From an uncultured Collinsella sp. (GTDB lineage: Bacteria > Actinomycetota > Coriobacteriia > Coriobacteriales > Coriobacteriaceae): a DNA stretch of 56,935 nt. Below are positions 48,229 through 56,935 of the stretch, piece after piece (within the stretch, counting starts at the first letter, position 1; every line of letters begins with the position of its first letter). The notes under the pieces were generated by a model, which was given only the letters and a program-made list of their open reading frames with translations, did no database searches and was not told where the DNA came from. A program made the position numbers and the translations under genes. Location: assembly GCA_900757705.1 (NCBI GenBank), contig CAAEOW010000144.1:1-56935 (forward strand), written 5' to 3'.

Positions 48229-48942
48229 TTACAAATAGAACTTCAGTCGCTCGGTGCAGTACACCTGACGGGAGATGAAAAGCGGCTCGCCACTTGGGGC
48301 ATAACGTCTATCGACAAACAGAAGCAGCGAAGAGTCCAGCTCCACGTTAAGGTATGCCGCCTCGAGCTCGCTCGCATAGCAGACTTCGAGCGTACGCGTG
48401 TTGGGACCCATCTTGATCCCCTGGCGATCGAGTACCGCCATCAGCGAATCATCGAGGGACTCATGCTCCAAAAAAGAAAGCGCAGCGGAATAGCTATTGG
48501 TTTCCAGCATCGTGGGCTTGCCATCCACAAGGCGCAGACGACGGCTACGCAATACCTTTTGGGTATCGTCTACGCCCAGGAACTTCGCGTCTCGCAGACT
48601 TGGGAAGTCCCAGCCCATTTCGAGAACCCTGGTAGACGCCTGTTTGCCCGCAAGCTGGCACGAATGGGTAAAGCTCTCACGGTCGTCCGCGGCATACATC
48701 TGCGTGTCCGACGAAACGAACGTGCCCTTGCCGCGGGCCCTCTCAACAAGCCCAGCATCTTCCATTTCTTTAATTGCGGAGCGAACCGTTATTCGGCTCA
48801 CGCCAAATTGCTCGATAAGCTCCGCCTCGGTCGGAAGCTTATCTCCCGGGCGGTACGTGCCGTTGGCGATTAAATCAGAAAGCGCACGAACAATCTGTTT
48901 GTACAGGGGGATAACGCTATTTGCCTCAACCATATCAACCAT
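48229..48942 (-). CDS. GntR/HutC-family regulator with UTRA domain (FrlR-like)
   Basis: PLYKQI, LPTEAEL, VSRITVR, RGKGTFV. Confidence 0.9.
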   Translation of the reverse strand: MVDMVEANSVIPLYKQIVRALSDLIANGTYRPGDKLPTEAELIEQFGVSRITVRSAIKEMEDAGLVERARGKGTFVSSDTQMYAADDRESFTHSCQLAGKQASTRVLEMGWDFPSLRDAKFLGVDDTQKVLRSRRLRLVDGKPTMLETNSYSAALSFLEHESLDDSLMAVLDRQGIKMGPNTRTLEVCYASELEAAYLNVELDSSLLLFVDRRYAPSGEPLFISRQVYCTERLKFYL

Positions 48943-49209
48943 ACCTTTACAAGGAATCAGCAGCCTATAGATAAATGACTTATATTGTATTAGAACTTTT
49001 TAGCATTCCACGCCATTTCCTATAATGTTTTAGCAAACGAGGGGTTATTTTGCGTAAGCGGTGTAGAGTCCATCCATTTCCGCATACAGCTTCAATCTGA
49101 TGGCGGTATATGCATCCGATAAGCCGATTGATTTTTATCTTCTACCTGTCTCACATTCATCCCTCATCGTAGAGATGAATGTGAGGTGAGAGATACGTAC
49201 TTGACGCGC

Positions 49210-49324
49210 GAGCGTGGATATTTGGACGGTTTTTGGGCTTTTGGCGGCCGATCTCGTCCGAAAATCCACGCTCATGCGGCAGACGTCCGAATTTCCACGC
49301 TCGTGTGCCAGATAATCCACGCTC
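49210..49324. repeat. Dispersed GAGCGTGGA/TCCACGCTC element, copy B
   Basis: GAGCGTGGA-N46-TCCACGCTC plus boxes at 49294 and 49316. Confidence 0.7.
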
Positions 49325-49414
49325 ATCCGGCAGATTGGTCGAAGGCCCCATATGGGTATACTCTCGGGGATTCGACTCGATTCGCCCCCGTTGGGGCGCC
49401 AAAGGAGACTGCAT

Positions 49415-52400
49415 ATGCCCACTACCTCAACCGACCCGCGCGCCGCTGCCGCCGCGCTGCTGGTGCCCGGTACCACCTGCCATGGTTTTGCCGTCGAGCG
49501 CTGTGAGACCGTGCCCGAGCTCGACTCGGACGCTTACGTGCTGCGCCATACCACCTCGGGCGCTCGCCTGCTGCACCTGGCGTGCAACGACGAAAACAAG
49601 GCCTTTGCCATTGGCTTTAAGACGCCGCCGGCCGATTCCACTGGCGTGTTCCATATTCTTGAGCACTCGGTGCTGTGCGGATCGGCCAAGTTCCCCGTCA
49701 AGGAGCCGTTCGTGGACCTGATCAAGAGCTCCATGCAGACGTTCCTCAACGCCATGACCTACCCCGACAAGACTATCTACCCCGTTGCCACCACCAACGA
49801 GCAGGACCTGTACAACCTGATGGACGTGTACCTGGACGCGGTGTTCAACCCGGCCATCTATACCAAGCCCACCATTTTTGAGCAGGAGGGCTGGCACTAC
49901 GAGCTGGACCTGCCGGAGGGCGCTGGCGGCGACGGCAGCGCCGCCAGCCTGCGCGAGGGCACGCTGCGCTATAACGGTGTAGTGTTCAACGAGATGAAGG
50001 GCGCGCTGTCCGACCCCATGAGCGTGCTGGACGACGCCGTCAACGCCGCGCTCTACCCCGACACGGCCTATGCGCACGAGAGCGGCGGCGATCCGCGCGC
50101 GATTCCCGCGCTCACCTACGAGCAGTTCCTGGACACGCACGCGCGCCATTACAACCCCTCCAACTCCTACATCACGCTCTACGGCGACCTGGACGTGGAC
50201 CGCGCGCTGGCCTTTTTGGACGAGCGCTATCTGTCGCAGTCGAGCGCCGCGAGCCGCCGCATGGACGCAGCCGTCGCCGCCGGCGAGGACCCGTCTGCGC
50301 TGGCGCCCAATCCGCTGGTCGTGCAGACACCCGTGACCTGCGAGTATAAGCGCGTCGAGATGGCCACCACGCCCGAAAACGCCCTGGTGGGCCTGGGCCT
50401 TGTGCTGGGCAGCGCACTCGACCGCAAGCGCACGATCGCCGCGGACATCCTGTTCGAGGCGCTGCTGGGCTCCAACGAAGCGCCGGTTAAGAAGGCCATT
50501 CTGGCCGCCGGCCTGGGCGGCAACGTGGTGAGCTACACCGCGGCCGAAAGCCTGCAGCCCTACGAGCTCATCATGCTGCAAAACGCGCAGCCCGGCGTGG
50601 CGCGCGAGCTGCGCCGCGTGTTCCAGGACGCCTGCCGCGACCTGTGCGAGCACGGCGTTCCGCGCGAGCGCCTGGAGGCCATCATCAGCAGCAACGAATA
50701 CGACCTGCGCCAGCGCGACTACGGTATCGCCGACGGCGTGGCCATTGCGTGCGACGCGCTGAGCACCTGGCTCTACGATGACGACGCCGCGACGCTGGCG
50801 CTCAAGTATGGCCCGGTGTACGAGGAGCTGCGCGGCGAGCTGGAAGGCAGCTACTTTGAGGACCTTCTGCGCGAGCTCGTGCTGGAGAACGACCACATGG
50901 CGCTGGTCGAGCTGGTTCCGGTGGACGCCGCTGAGGGTTCGGAGGGCGCCGAAGCTGCCGAGCTGGCAGCCAAGCGCGGCGCCATGACCGATGCCGAGCT
51001 GGCCGACGTGGTCGAGCGCACGGCTGCGCTGCGTGCCGCGCAGGAGGCCGAGGACACGCCCGAGGACAAGGCCACGCTGCCGCGCCTGCGCGTGTCCGAC
51101 ATTGGCGAGGCGCGCCCCGAGCCGCCGCTGGTCGTAGACACGACCGCGCCCATCCCCTGCCTGCGCCACGGCATCCCCACCAACCGCCTGGCCTACGCCA
51201 TGCAGTATTTCGACCTGAGCTGCGTTGCGTTTGAGGACCTGCCCTATGTGACGCTGCTCTGCCGCCTGCTCAAACAGCTGCCCACGAGCGAGCACTCGGC
51301 CGAGGAACTCGACAATCTGCTCGCCGGCAAGCTGGGCTTTTTGAGCTTTACGACCGAGGTCATGACGCAGCCCGACGTGGACGGCGTGCGCCCCTACCTG
51401 CTGGTGAGCGCCGGCGCCCTGTCCGAAAAGATCGACGCGCTGGCGAGCCTGCCGCGCGAGGTGTGGTCGAGCACGCTGTTGCTCGATGCTGACGCCGACC
51501 GCGTGCGCGACGTGCTCACGCAGATTCGCATTGGGCTTGAGCAGGGCTTTATCAACAACGGACACTCGGCGGCACTCGGCCGCGCGATGAGCTACACCTC
51601 GCCTTCGGCCGTGGTGCGCGAGCAGCTTTCGGGCGTGGACTTCTACCTGTTCCTGCGCGATTTGCTCGAGCACTTTGACGAGCGCCTGGACGGCCTGCGT
51701 GCCAAGCTTGCCGAGCTGGCAGACCGCATCTTTGTGGCCGACGGCTGCATGGCGAGCTTTACCGGCAGCGATGAGGACTTTGACGCGTACTGGGATGCCG
51801 CGGGCGACCTGGGGCTTGGCGCAGGCGACGGCGCCGATGCCGGCCGCAACGCGCTCGTGGTGCCGACGCCGCGCGACCGTCACGAGGCTTTCGTCATCCC
51901 CAGCGACATTTGCTTTGCGGCAAGCGCGTGCGACCCGCGTCGCTTGGGGCTCGGCGTGACGGGCGCCTGGGCGGTTGCCGCCAACGCGCTCTCCTACGAC
52001 TACCTGTGGAACGAGATCCGTGTGAAGGGCGGCGCATACGGTTGCGGATTCCGCGCGGCTGGCGAGCGTCAAACGGCGTTCTACACCTACCGCGACCCGG
52101 CAATCGACCCCTCGATTGAGCGCGTGGAGCGCGCGGGTGCATGGCTTGGCAGCTTTGAGCCCGACGAGGCCGCCTTTGAGGGATTTATCGTGAGCTGCGT
52201 GAGCGGCATGGACGCGCCGGTGAAGCCCTACGCGCTCACCAAGCGCCGCAACACGACCTACCTGGCCGGACTCGATCCCAACGCGCGCGAAAAGCGCCGC
52301 GCCCAGATGCTCGCCGCCACGCCCGGTGAGCTGCGCTCGCTCGGCGCCGACGTGACGCGCATCGCGACCGAGTCACCGACCTGCGTCTTTGGCGGCCGCG

Positions 52401-52453
52401 ACGTCATCGCCAAGAGCAACGCCAACTTCAACGTAGTCGACCTGCTCGCTTAA
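49415..52453 (+). CDS. M16C metallopeptidase (insulinase/presequence protease-like)
   Basis: HILEH, FLNAMT, GVVFNEMKG, IRVKGGAYG, YRDP; AAGGAG RBS before ATG 49415. Confidence 0.93.
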   Translation: MPTTSTDPRAAAAALLVPGTTCHGFAVERCETVPELDSDAYVLRHTTSGARLLHLACNDENKAFAIGFKTPPADSTGVFHILEHSVLCGSAKFPVKEPFVDLIKSSMQTFLNAMTYPDKTIYPVATTNEQDLYNLMDVYLDAVFNPAIYTKPTIFEQEGWHYELDLPEGAGGDGSAASLREGTLRYNGVVFNEMKGALSDPMSVLDDAVNAALYPDTAYAHESGGDPRAIPALTYEQFLDTHARHYNPSNSYITLYGDLDVDRALAFLDERYLSQSSAASRRMDAAVAAGEDPSALAPNPLVVQTPVTCEYKRVEMATTPENALVGLGLVLGSALDRKRTIAADILFEALLGSNEAPVKKAILAAGLGGNVVSYTAAESLQPYELIMLQNAQPGVARELRRVFQDACRDLCEHGVPRERLEAIISSNEYDLRQRDYGIADGVAIACDALSTWLYDDDAATLALKYGPVYEELRGELEGSYFEDLLRELVLENDHMALVELVPVDAAEGSEGAEAAELAAKRGAMTDAELADVVERTAALRAAQEAEDTPEDKATLPRLRVSDIGEARPEPPLVVDTTAPIPCLRHGIPTNRLAYAMQYFDLSCVAFEDLPYVTLLCRLLKQLPTSEHSAEELDNLLAGKLGFLSFTTEVMTQPDVDGVRPYLLVSAGALSEKIDALASLPREVWSSTLLLDADADRVRDVLTQIRIGLEQGFINNGHSAALGRAMSYTSPSAVVREQLSGVDFYLFLRDLLEHFDERLDGLRAKLAELADRIFVADGCMASFTGSDEDFDAYWDAAGDLGLGAGDGADAGRNALVVPTPRDRHEAFVIPSDICFAASACDPRRLGLGVTGAWAVAANALSYDYLWNEIRVKGGAYGCGFRAAGERQTAFYTYRDPAIDPSIERVERAGAWLGSFEPDEAAFEGFIVSCVSGMDAPVKPYALTKRRNTTYLAGLDPNAREKRRAQMLAATPGELRSLGADVTRIATESPTCVFGGRDVIAKSNANFNVVDLLA

Positions 52454-52568
52454 CGCACAAAGGTAGATTTTTGGGACATGCCCGAAAATCTACCTTTTTC
52501 TTTGGCGCACAAAGAATGCAGGCGCCTTTGCAGTAGTTCGAACATGGGTGTCTGCATCAGATATAATT

Positions 52569-52589
52569 TGCAACTGTAATATAGTTGCA
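52569..52589. promoter_or_regulatory. Palindromic putative HicB operator
   Basis: TGCAACT-N7-AGTTGCA upstream of hicB. Confidence 0.5.
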
Positions 52590-52648
52590 GCTATGAAGCG
52601 GAACGCCTTGAAACATCGTTCGATTTCTGCAAAGTGTCGGAGGTAGTC

Positions 52649-52978
52649 ATGAGTAACGTTTTGGCATACAAGGGTTATTTCGCCCCAGTCGAGTTCGATG
52701 CCGAACAGCATGTGCTAACAGGTATGGTCGCCGGCATTAGAGACGCAATCGTATTTGAAGGCTCCACGGCTGAAGAAGTGGAGCAATGCTTCCACGACGC
52801 CGTCGACGATTACCTTGAGTTTTGCGCCGAGAAGGGCAAAGAGCCCGAGCGGGCTTTTAAGGGCTCGTTCAACGTAAGAACGGGCTCTGAGCTCCACAAA
52901 CAGGCGGCGCTGGCAGCGGCAAAGAAGGGCGAGTCACTCAATAAGTTTGTGACCGAAGCAATCGCCGCGGCACTGTGA
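52649..52978 (+). CDS. hicB: HicB-family antitoxin with RHH domain
   Basis: YKGY..VEFD, FEG, AVDDYL, FKGSFNVR..LH..A..SLN. Confidence 0.88.
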   Translation: MSNVLAYKGYFAPVEFDAEQHVLTGMVAGIRDAIVFEGSTAEEVEQCFHDAVDDYLEFCAEKGKEPERAFKGSFNVRTGSELHKQAALAAAKKGESLNKFVTEAIAAAL

Positions 52979-53099
52979 AGCCAACGTCGAGTCGAAGCCG
53001 CCACAAAGGGTGCCTTTGCGGCGGCTTCGCTGTTTGCCCAGATAAAACCTGCCAAAATAAACCTGTCCCTTTTTGGTAGGTTTGGGAGAGGAGGCTGGG

Positions 53100-53696
53100 A
53101 TGGATAAGGCTGAGTTGCGGCGGGTGGTGATTGCTCGGCGCGATGCGATTGATTTGGATGTTCGGGCGGCAAAGTCTGCTGTCATTTGCGCGCGGCTTGT
53201 TGAGTTGCTGGGCCGCCTGGATGCCGCGGCGCCGCACACCGTTGCCATCTATGCCGCGATGGGTTCCGAGGTCGACCCAGCCGCGTTTGCCGCGGCTGCC
53301 GCCAAACGCGGCTGGCGCGTGGCCTATCCGTGCATGCTCTCGGCAATTGATGCCGCAGCTTGTGGCCAGCGCATGTGCATGCGGGCAGTTGCTGTCGACG
53401 ATGCGTCCTCGGCTCCGTTTATCGCCCACCCCACGCGGGCCTTCGCGGCCATGGACATCGACAGCGACCACTTCCCTATCGTGTCTGCAGAGGCCCTCGA
53501 CATGGCCATCGTGCCACTCGTAGCCTTCGACCGCGCCGGCGCGCGCCTGGGCTACGGCGGCGGCTGCTACGACCGCTACCTGCCCATGCTCTCGCCCGCA
53601 TGTCAAATCATCGGCATCGCCTTTGACGAACAGCGTGTCGACCACGTTCCCACCGATACCCACGACCAGCCGCTACCCCACATCATCAGCGCCTAA
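53100..53696 (+). CDS. 5-formyltetrahydrofolate cyclo-ligase
   Basis: KAELR, SEVD, VPLVAFD, RLGYGGGCYDR, THD. Confidence 0.9.
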   Translation: MDKAELRRVVIARRDAIDLDVRAAKSAVICARLVELLGRLDAAAPHTVAIYAAMGSEVDPAAFAAAAAKRGWRVAYPCMLSAIDAAACGQRMCMRAVAVDDASSAPFIAHPTRAFAAMDIDSDHFPIVSAEALDMAIVPLVAFDRAGARLGYGGGCYDRYLPMLSPACQIIGIAFDEQRVDHVPTDTHDQPLPHIISA

Positions 53697-53719
53697 CGGC
53701 TGGCACACCTCCCGACGGC

Positions 53720-54646
53720 CTAGTGCTCTTCGCCGGCGCGGGCCAGGTCGTAGGGCGTGGTCTGGTAGACGTAATAGTTGAGCCAGTTGGTGTAGAGCAA
53801 CTGAGCTTGGCTGCGCCAGACGTTGCGCGGCTCGGCGGTGGGGTCGTCACCCGGGAAGTAATGCGCCGGCACCTGAGGGTTGAGCCCGCGCTTCACGTCG
53901 CGCTCGTACTCCAGGCGCAGCGTGTCGGTATCGTACTCGGGATGACCAAAGACAAAAAAGCGGCGGCTGTCGGTCGACTTGACGATGTACAGGCCTACCT
54001 CGTCGGACACGGCCACGACCTCAAGCTGCTGCTCAGCCTCCACGTCCTCGCGGCGCACATCGGTGTTGCGCGAATGCACGGCATAGAAGCGGTCGTCGAA
54101 GCCGCGGACCAGCGGGCTTTGCGGCTTCACCAGATAATGCTCGAACACGCCGCTCGCCTTTGCCGGCAGGTCGTACTTCTGGATACCGTAATGATGGTAC
54201 AGGCCGGCCTGCGCGCCCCAACAAATGTGCAGCGTAGAGTGCACGTGCGTGGTGGACCAATCCATGATCTGGCAGAGCTCGGGCCAGTAGTCGACCTCCT
54301 CGAACGGCATCTGTTCCACCGGCGCGCCCGTAATGATCAGGCCGTCGTAGTGGATGTCGCGGATGTCGTCGAACGTGCGGTAGAACGTCTCCAGGTGGCC
54401 GGCACTCACGTGCGTGGCCTCGTGCGTTTTGGTGCGCAGCAGGTCCACCTCCACCTGCAGCGGCGTGTTGGAGAGCTTGCGCATGATCTGCGTCTCGGTG
54501 GCGATCTTGGTGGGCATGAGGTTGAGGATGAGCACGCGCAGCGGACGGATGTCCTGGTGCAGCGCGCGGTACTCGGTCATGACAAAGATGTTCTCGCTCT
54601 CGAGCTGCGCGGCGGCAGGGAGGGCGTCGGGGATGCGAATGGGCAT
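53720..54646 (-). CDS. metA: Homoserine O-acetyl/succinyltransferase
   Basis: [25 protein letters not shown]. Confidence 0.95.
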   Translation of the reverse strand: MPIRIPDALPAAAQLESENIFVMTEYRALHQDIRPLRVLILNLMPTKIATETQIMRKLSNTPLQVEVDLLRTKTHEATHVSAGHLETFYRTFDDIRDIHYDGLIITGAPVEQMPFEEVDYWPELCQIMDWSTTHVHSTLHICWGAQAGLYHHYGIQKYDLPAKASGVFEHYLVKPQSPLVRGFDDRFYAVHSRNTDVRREDVEAEQQLEVVAVSDEVGLYIVKSTDSRRFFVFGHPEYDTDTLRLEYERDVKRGLNPQVPAHYFPGDDPTAEPRNVWRSQAQLLYTNWLNYYVYQTTPYDLARAGEEH

Positions 54647-54857
54647 GGATGCTCCTTACGAGTCAGTTGCAGCTATGGTACAACGAGCGGCCCCATCCGC
54701 GCGAGCACATCGCCCGGCGATGTCGCCAGCGGCCCAAATCACTCCAAAAGTAGAGATTAAAGCATGTCCCAAAAATCTACTTCGCTTTAGCTTAGCAAAG
54801 TGACAGCAGGACGCTACAATGGTTCGATGCGAGAAACTCGGCCGAAAGGATACATAT

Positions 54858-55835
54858 ATGTACCAGACGCGTAAGATCGGTGTGGTCGGCCAGGGCCACG
54901 TAGGAGCACATGTCGCCAACAGCCTGCTCATGCAGGGCATTGCCGATGAGCTGTACCTGTGCGATATCAACGAGACCAAGGTGACATCCGAGGTCCAGGA
55001 CCTGCGCGACTCCCTTTCGTTTGTCCCGTACAACACCAAGATCGTCAACTGCTACGACCACTACGAGGAGCTGGCCTGCTGCGACGTCATCGTCAACGCT
55101 GCCGGCAAGGTCGCGCTGGCCGCCGGCAACCGCGACGGTGAGCTGTTCTTTACCACCGACGCCGCCCGCACCTTTGCCAAGCGCATCGTCGACGCCGGCT
55201 TTGACGGCATCTTCGTGAGCATCTCCAACCCCTGCGACGTCGTGTGCACCGAGCTGTGGCACCTGACCGGCTACGATCCCAAGAAGATCATCGGCTCGGG
55301 CTGCGGTCTGGACTCCGCCCGCCTGCGCACCGAGATCTCCAAGAAGGTCGGTGTGAGCCCCAAGTCCATCGACGCCTACATGATCGGCGAGCATGGCTTT
55401 AGCCAGCTGGCCGCCTTTAAGGCCGCAACCATCGCCGGCAAGAGCCTCAACGAGCTTCAGGCCGAAAACCCCGACAAGTACGCCTTTGACCACATGGAGG
55501 TCGAGGAGCTCGCGCGCAAGGGCGGCTATGTGACCTACCAGGGCAAGCAGTGCACCGAGTACGCCGTCGCCAACTCCGCTGCGCGTGTCTGCGCCGCCGT
55601 GCTGCACAACGAGCACGCCGTGCTTTCGGCCTCTACGCTCATGACTGGCCAGTATGGCGAAGAGGGCATCTTTACCTCCCTGCCGTGCGTGATCGGCGCC
55701 GAGGGCGTCGAGGAGGTCTACACGCTCGACCTTTCCGAGCACGAGCTCGAGGGCTTCCACAAGAGCTGCCAGCACATCCGCGACAACATCGCCCAGCTCG
55801 ACTGGTGGGACGCCGAGGCGTACGACGCAAAGTAG
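54858..55835 (+). CDS. L-lactate/L-2-hydroxyacid dehydrogenase family
   Basis: GQGHVG, SNPCD, LDSARL, IGEHG; ATG 54858 after AAAGGA. Confidence 0.88.
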   Translation: MYQTRKIGVVGQGHVGAHVANSLLMQGIADELYLCDINETKVTSEVQDLRDSLSFVPYNTKIVNCYDHYEELACCDVIVNAAGKVALAAGNRDGELFFTTDAARTFAKRIVDAGFDGIFVSISNPCDVVCTELWHLTGYDPKKIIGSGCGLDSARLRTEISKKVGVSPKSIDAYMIGEHGFSQLAAFKAATIAGKSLNELQAENPDKYAFDHMEVEELARKGGYVTYQGKQCTEYAVANSAARVCAAVLHNEHAVLSASTLMTGQYGEEGIFTSLPCVIGAEGVEEVYTLDLSEHELEGFHKSCQHIRDNIAQLDWWDAEAYDAK

Positions 55836-55878
55836 GCCGCTGGCTACCGCAACCTTGCGAATCTAAGCGCGATACTAA

Positions 55879-55918
55879 GCGGGCCGCGCCGGAAATCCCC
55901 GGCGCGGCCCACTTTTTT
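55879..55918. terminator. Terminator
   Basis: GGGCCGCGCCGG..CCGGCGCGGCCC-ACTTTTTT. Confidence 0.8.
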
Positions 55919-55967
55919 GACTCACGCAGCGCCCTTGCGAATCGAAGGTGAATGGTTTTCCCGTTAC

Positions 55968-56935
55968 TTAGTACTGCTCGATGCCCATGTAGCGACGGAT
56001 CTCGGGGCTGTGGTCGAACACCTTGCCGCGGGCGGCGCGCAGCTCGCAGCTCATTGCGTAGAAGAAGATCGGCTCCAGGAACGAACGCACGCTGGCGGGC
56101 ACCTCGCCCACGCCGTACTCGAGGGCGTCGAGCACCATAATCGTATCGGTGTGCGTGTTGAGAAACGCGAGCGCGCGCTCCTCCATGGGGCGGCACTCGC
56201 CCGCGCCAAGCTGCACAAAGTAGAACACGCCGGGCTCGGTGGCCTCGAAGGGACCGTGGAAGTACTCGCCAGAGTGGATATAGCAGCAGTGCTGCCACTG
56301 CATCTCCATGAGCGAGCAGATGGCCATGGCGTAGGTCTGGCTAAAGTTGGGGCCGGACCCCAGGATATAGAAGAACTTGTGCTGCTGACAGAGCTCGGCA
56401 AAGCGATCGCCCAGCTCGGTGTTGACCTTCTCGCGGGCGGCGGGCAGCAGCGCATCCATCTGCTTGAGGCCAGCGTACATGTCGGCGAGCGCCTCGTAGC
56501 CTTCCTGCTGGTCGAGCAGCTCGGCAGCCATCAGAACGCCGATGCCCTGCGGGACCTCGGCCTGCGACTCGCCCTTGCCCCACGGATAGACCCAGGTTGT
56601 CCACTTGCCGCTGTCGATCTTGGAGCCCGCATAGTCGGTCATGGTCACGACCTCGGCGCCGGCAGTCAACGCCATCTCGCAACCGTCGATGACCTCCTGC
56701 GTGTTGCCACTGTGGCTGCAGGCGACGACGAGCGACTTCGGCCCCAGGCTCTTGGGGGCCATCAGGCAAAACTCGCGCGCGGTGTAGACCGTCGAGGCAA
56801 ACGTAGTGGCCTCGCGCTTGAGCAGCTCGTTAGCCGGCATCAGGTCGATCATCGAACCGCCGCAGGCGATCCAAAAGACGTTCTCGATCTTACCCTTGCG
56901 CTCGATAATTTCCTGAATCAGATCGTGTGCGTTCA
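55968..56935 (-). CDS. frlB: SIS-domain fructoselysine-6-phosphate deglycase-like (start codon at or just beyond window edge)
   Basis: Frame open to edge (NAHDLIQE..ACGGS); SHSGNT, CSLMEMQW, GEYFHGPFE, RRYM. Confidence 0.85.
   Translation of the reverse strand, partial: NAHDLIQEIIERKGKIENVFWIACGGSMIDLMPANELLKREATTFASTVYTAREFCLMAPKSLGPKSLVVACSHSGNTQEVIDGCEMALTAGAEVVTMTDYAGSKIDSGKWTTWVYPWGKGESQAEVPQGIGVLMAAELLDQQEGYEALADMYAGLKQMDALLPAAREKVNTELGDRFAELCQQHKFFYILGSGPNFSQTYAMAICSLMEMQWQHCCYIHSGEYFHGPFEATEPGVFYFVQLGAGECRPMEERALAFLNTHTDTIMVLDALEYGVGEVPASVRSFLEPIFFYAMSCELRAARGKVFDHSPEIRRYMGIEQY

Noticed and set aside
52583..54677. 13-bp direct repeat AGTTGCAGCTATG (52583 and 54665)
   Set aside because: Short, with no mobile gene between the copies; plausibly chance

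Overview
High-GC chromosomal region that looks like a gut Coriobacteriia bacterium, probably Collinsella-like (inferred from gene content and style). Housekeeping and metabolic genes include a P-type cation ATPase, pyk, a NikMQO-type ECF transporter, pheS/pheT with a T-box, an M32 carboxypeptidase, glmM, tRNA-Val(GAC), a mannose-family PTS/deglycase cluster for Amadori-type compounds, an M16 peptidase, metA and an LDH-family enzyme. The most interesting feature is a split locus that appears to encode a sortase-independent surface fibre (21.0-30.1 kb and 38.9-43.6 kb). It has six secreted paralogs with SipW/TasA-type signal peptides (T[YF]AW[FY]) and a shared C-terminal [WY]x[ED]GxD motif, a seventh membrane-anchored paralog, two SipW-type signal peptidases and a PilZ (c-di-GMP) protein. 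Translationally coupled inside the same operon are a membrane-anchored McrB-like AAA+ NTPase and a DUF2357/McrC-N-like protein whose nuclease domain seems to be replaced by a long coiled coil. This suggests a restriction-derived motor co-opted for fibre biology. A defence islet (HNH nuclease, IS1595 remnant, broken RelB-like gene, fused restriction-methylase) lies next to tRNA-Val between the two halves. Several unexplained non-coding structures are also present: a switch-like leader on the ATPase, covarying hairpin repeats, long palindromes and a TATCTCTC array. All family assignments come from motif recognition only; no searches were run.
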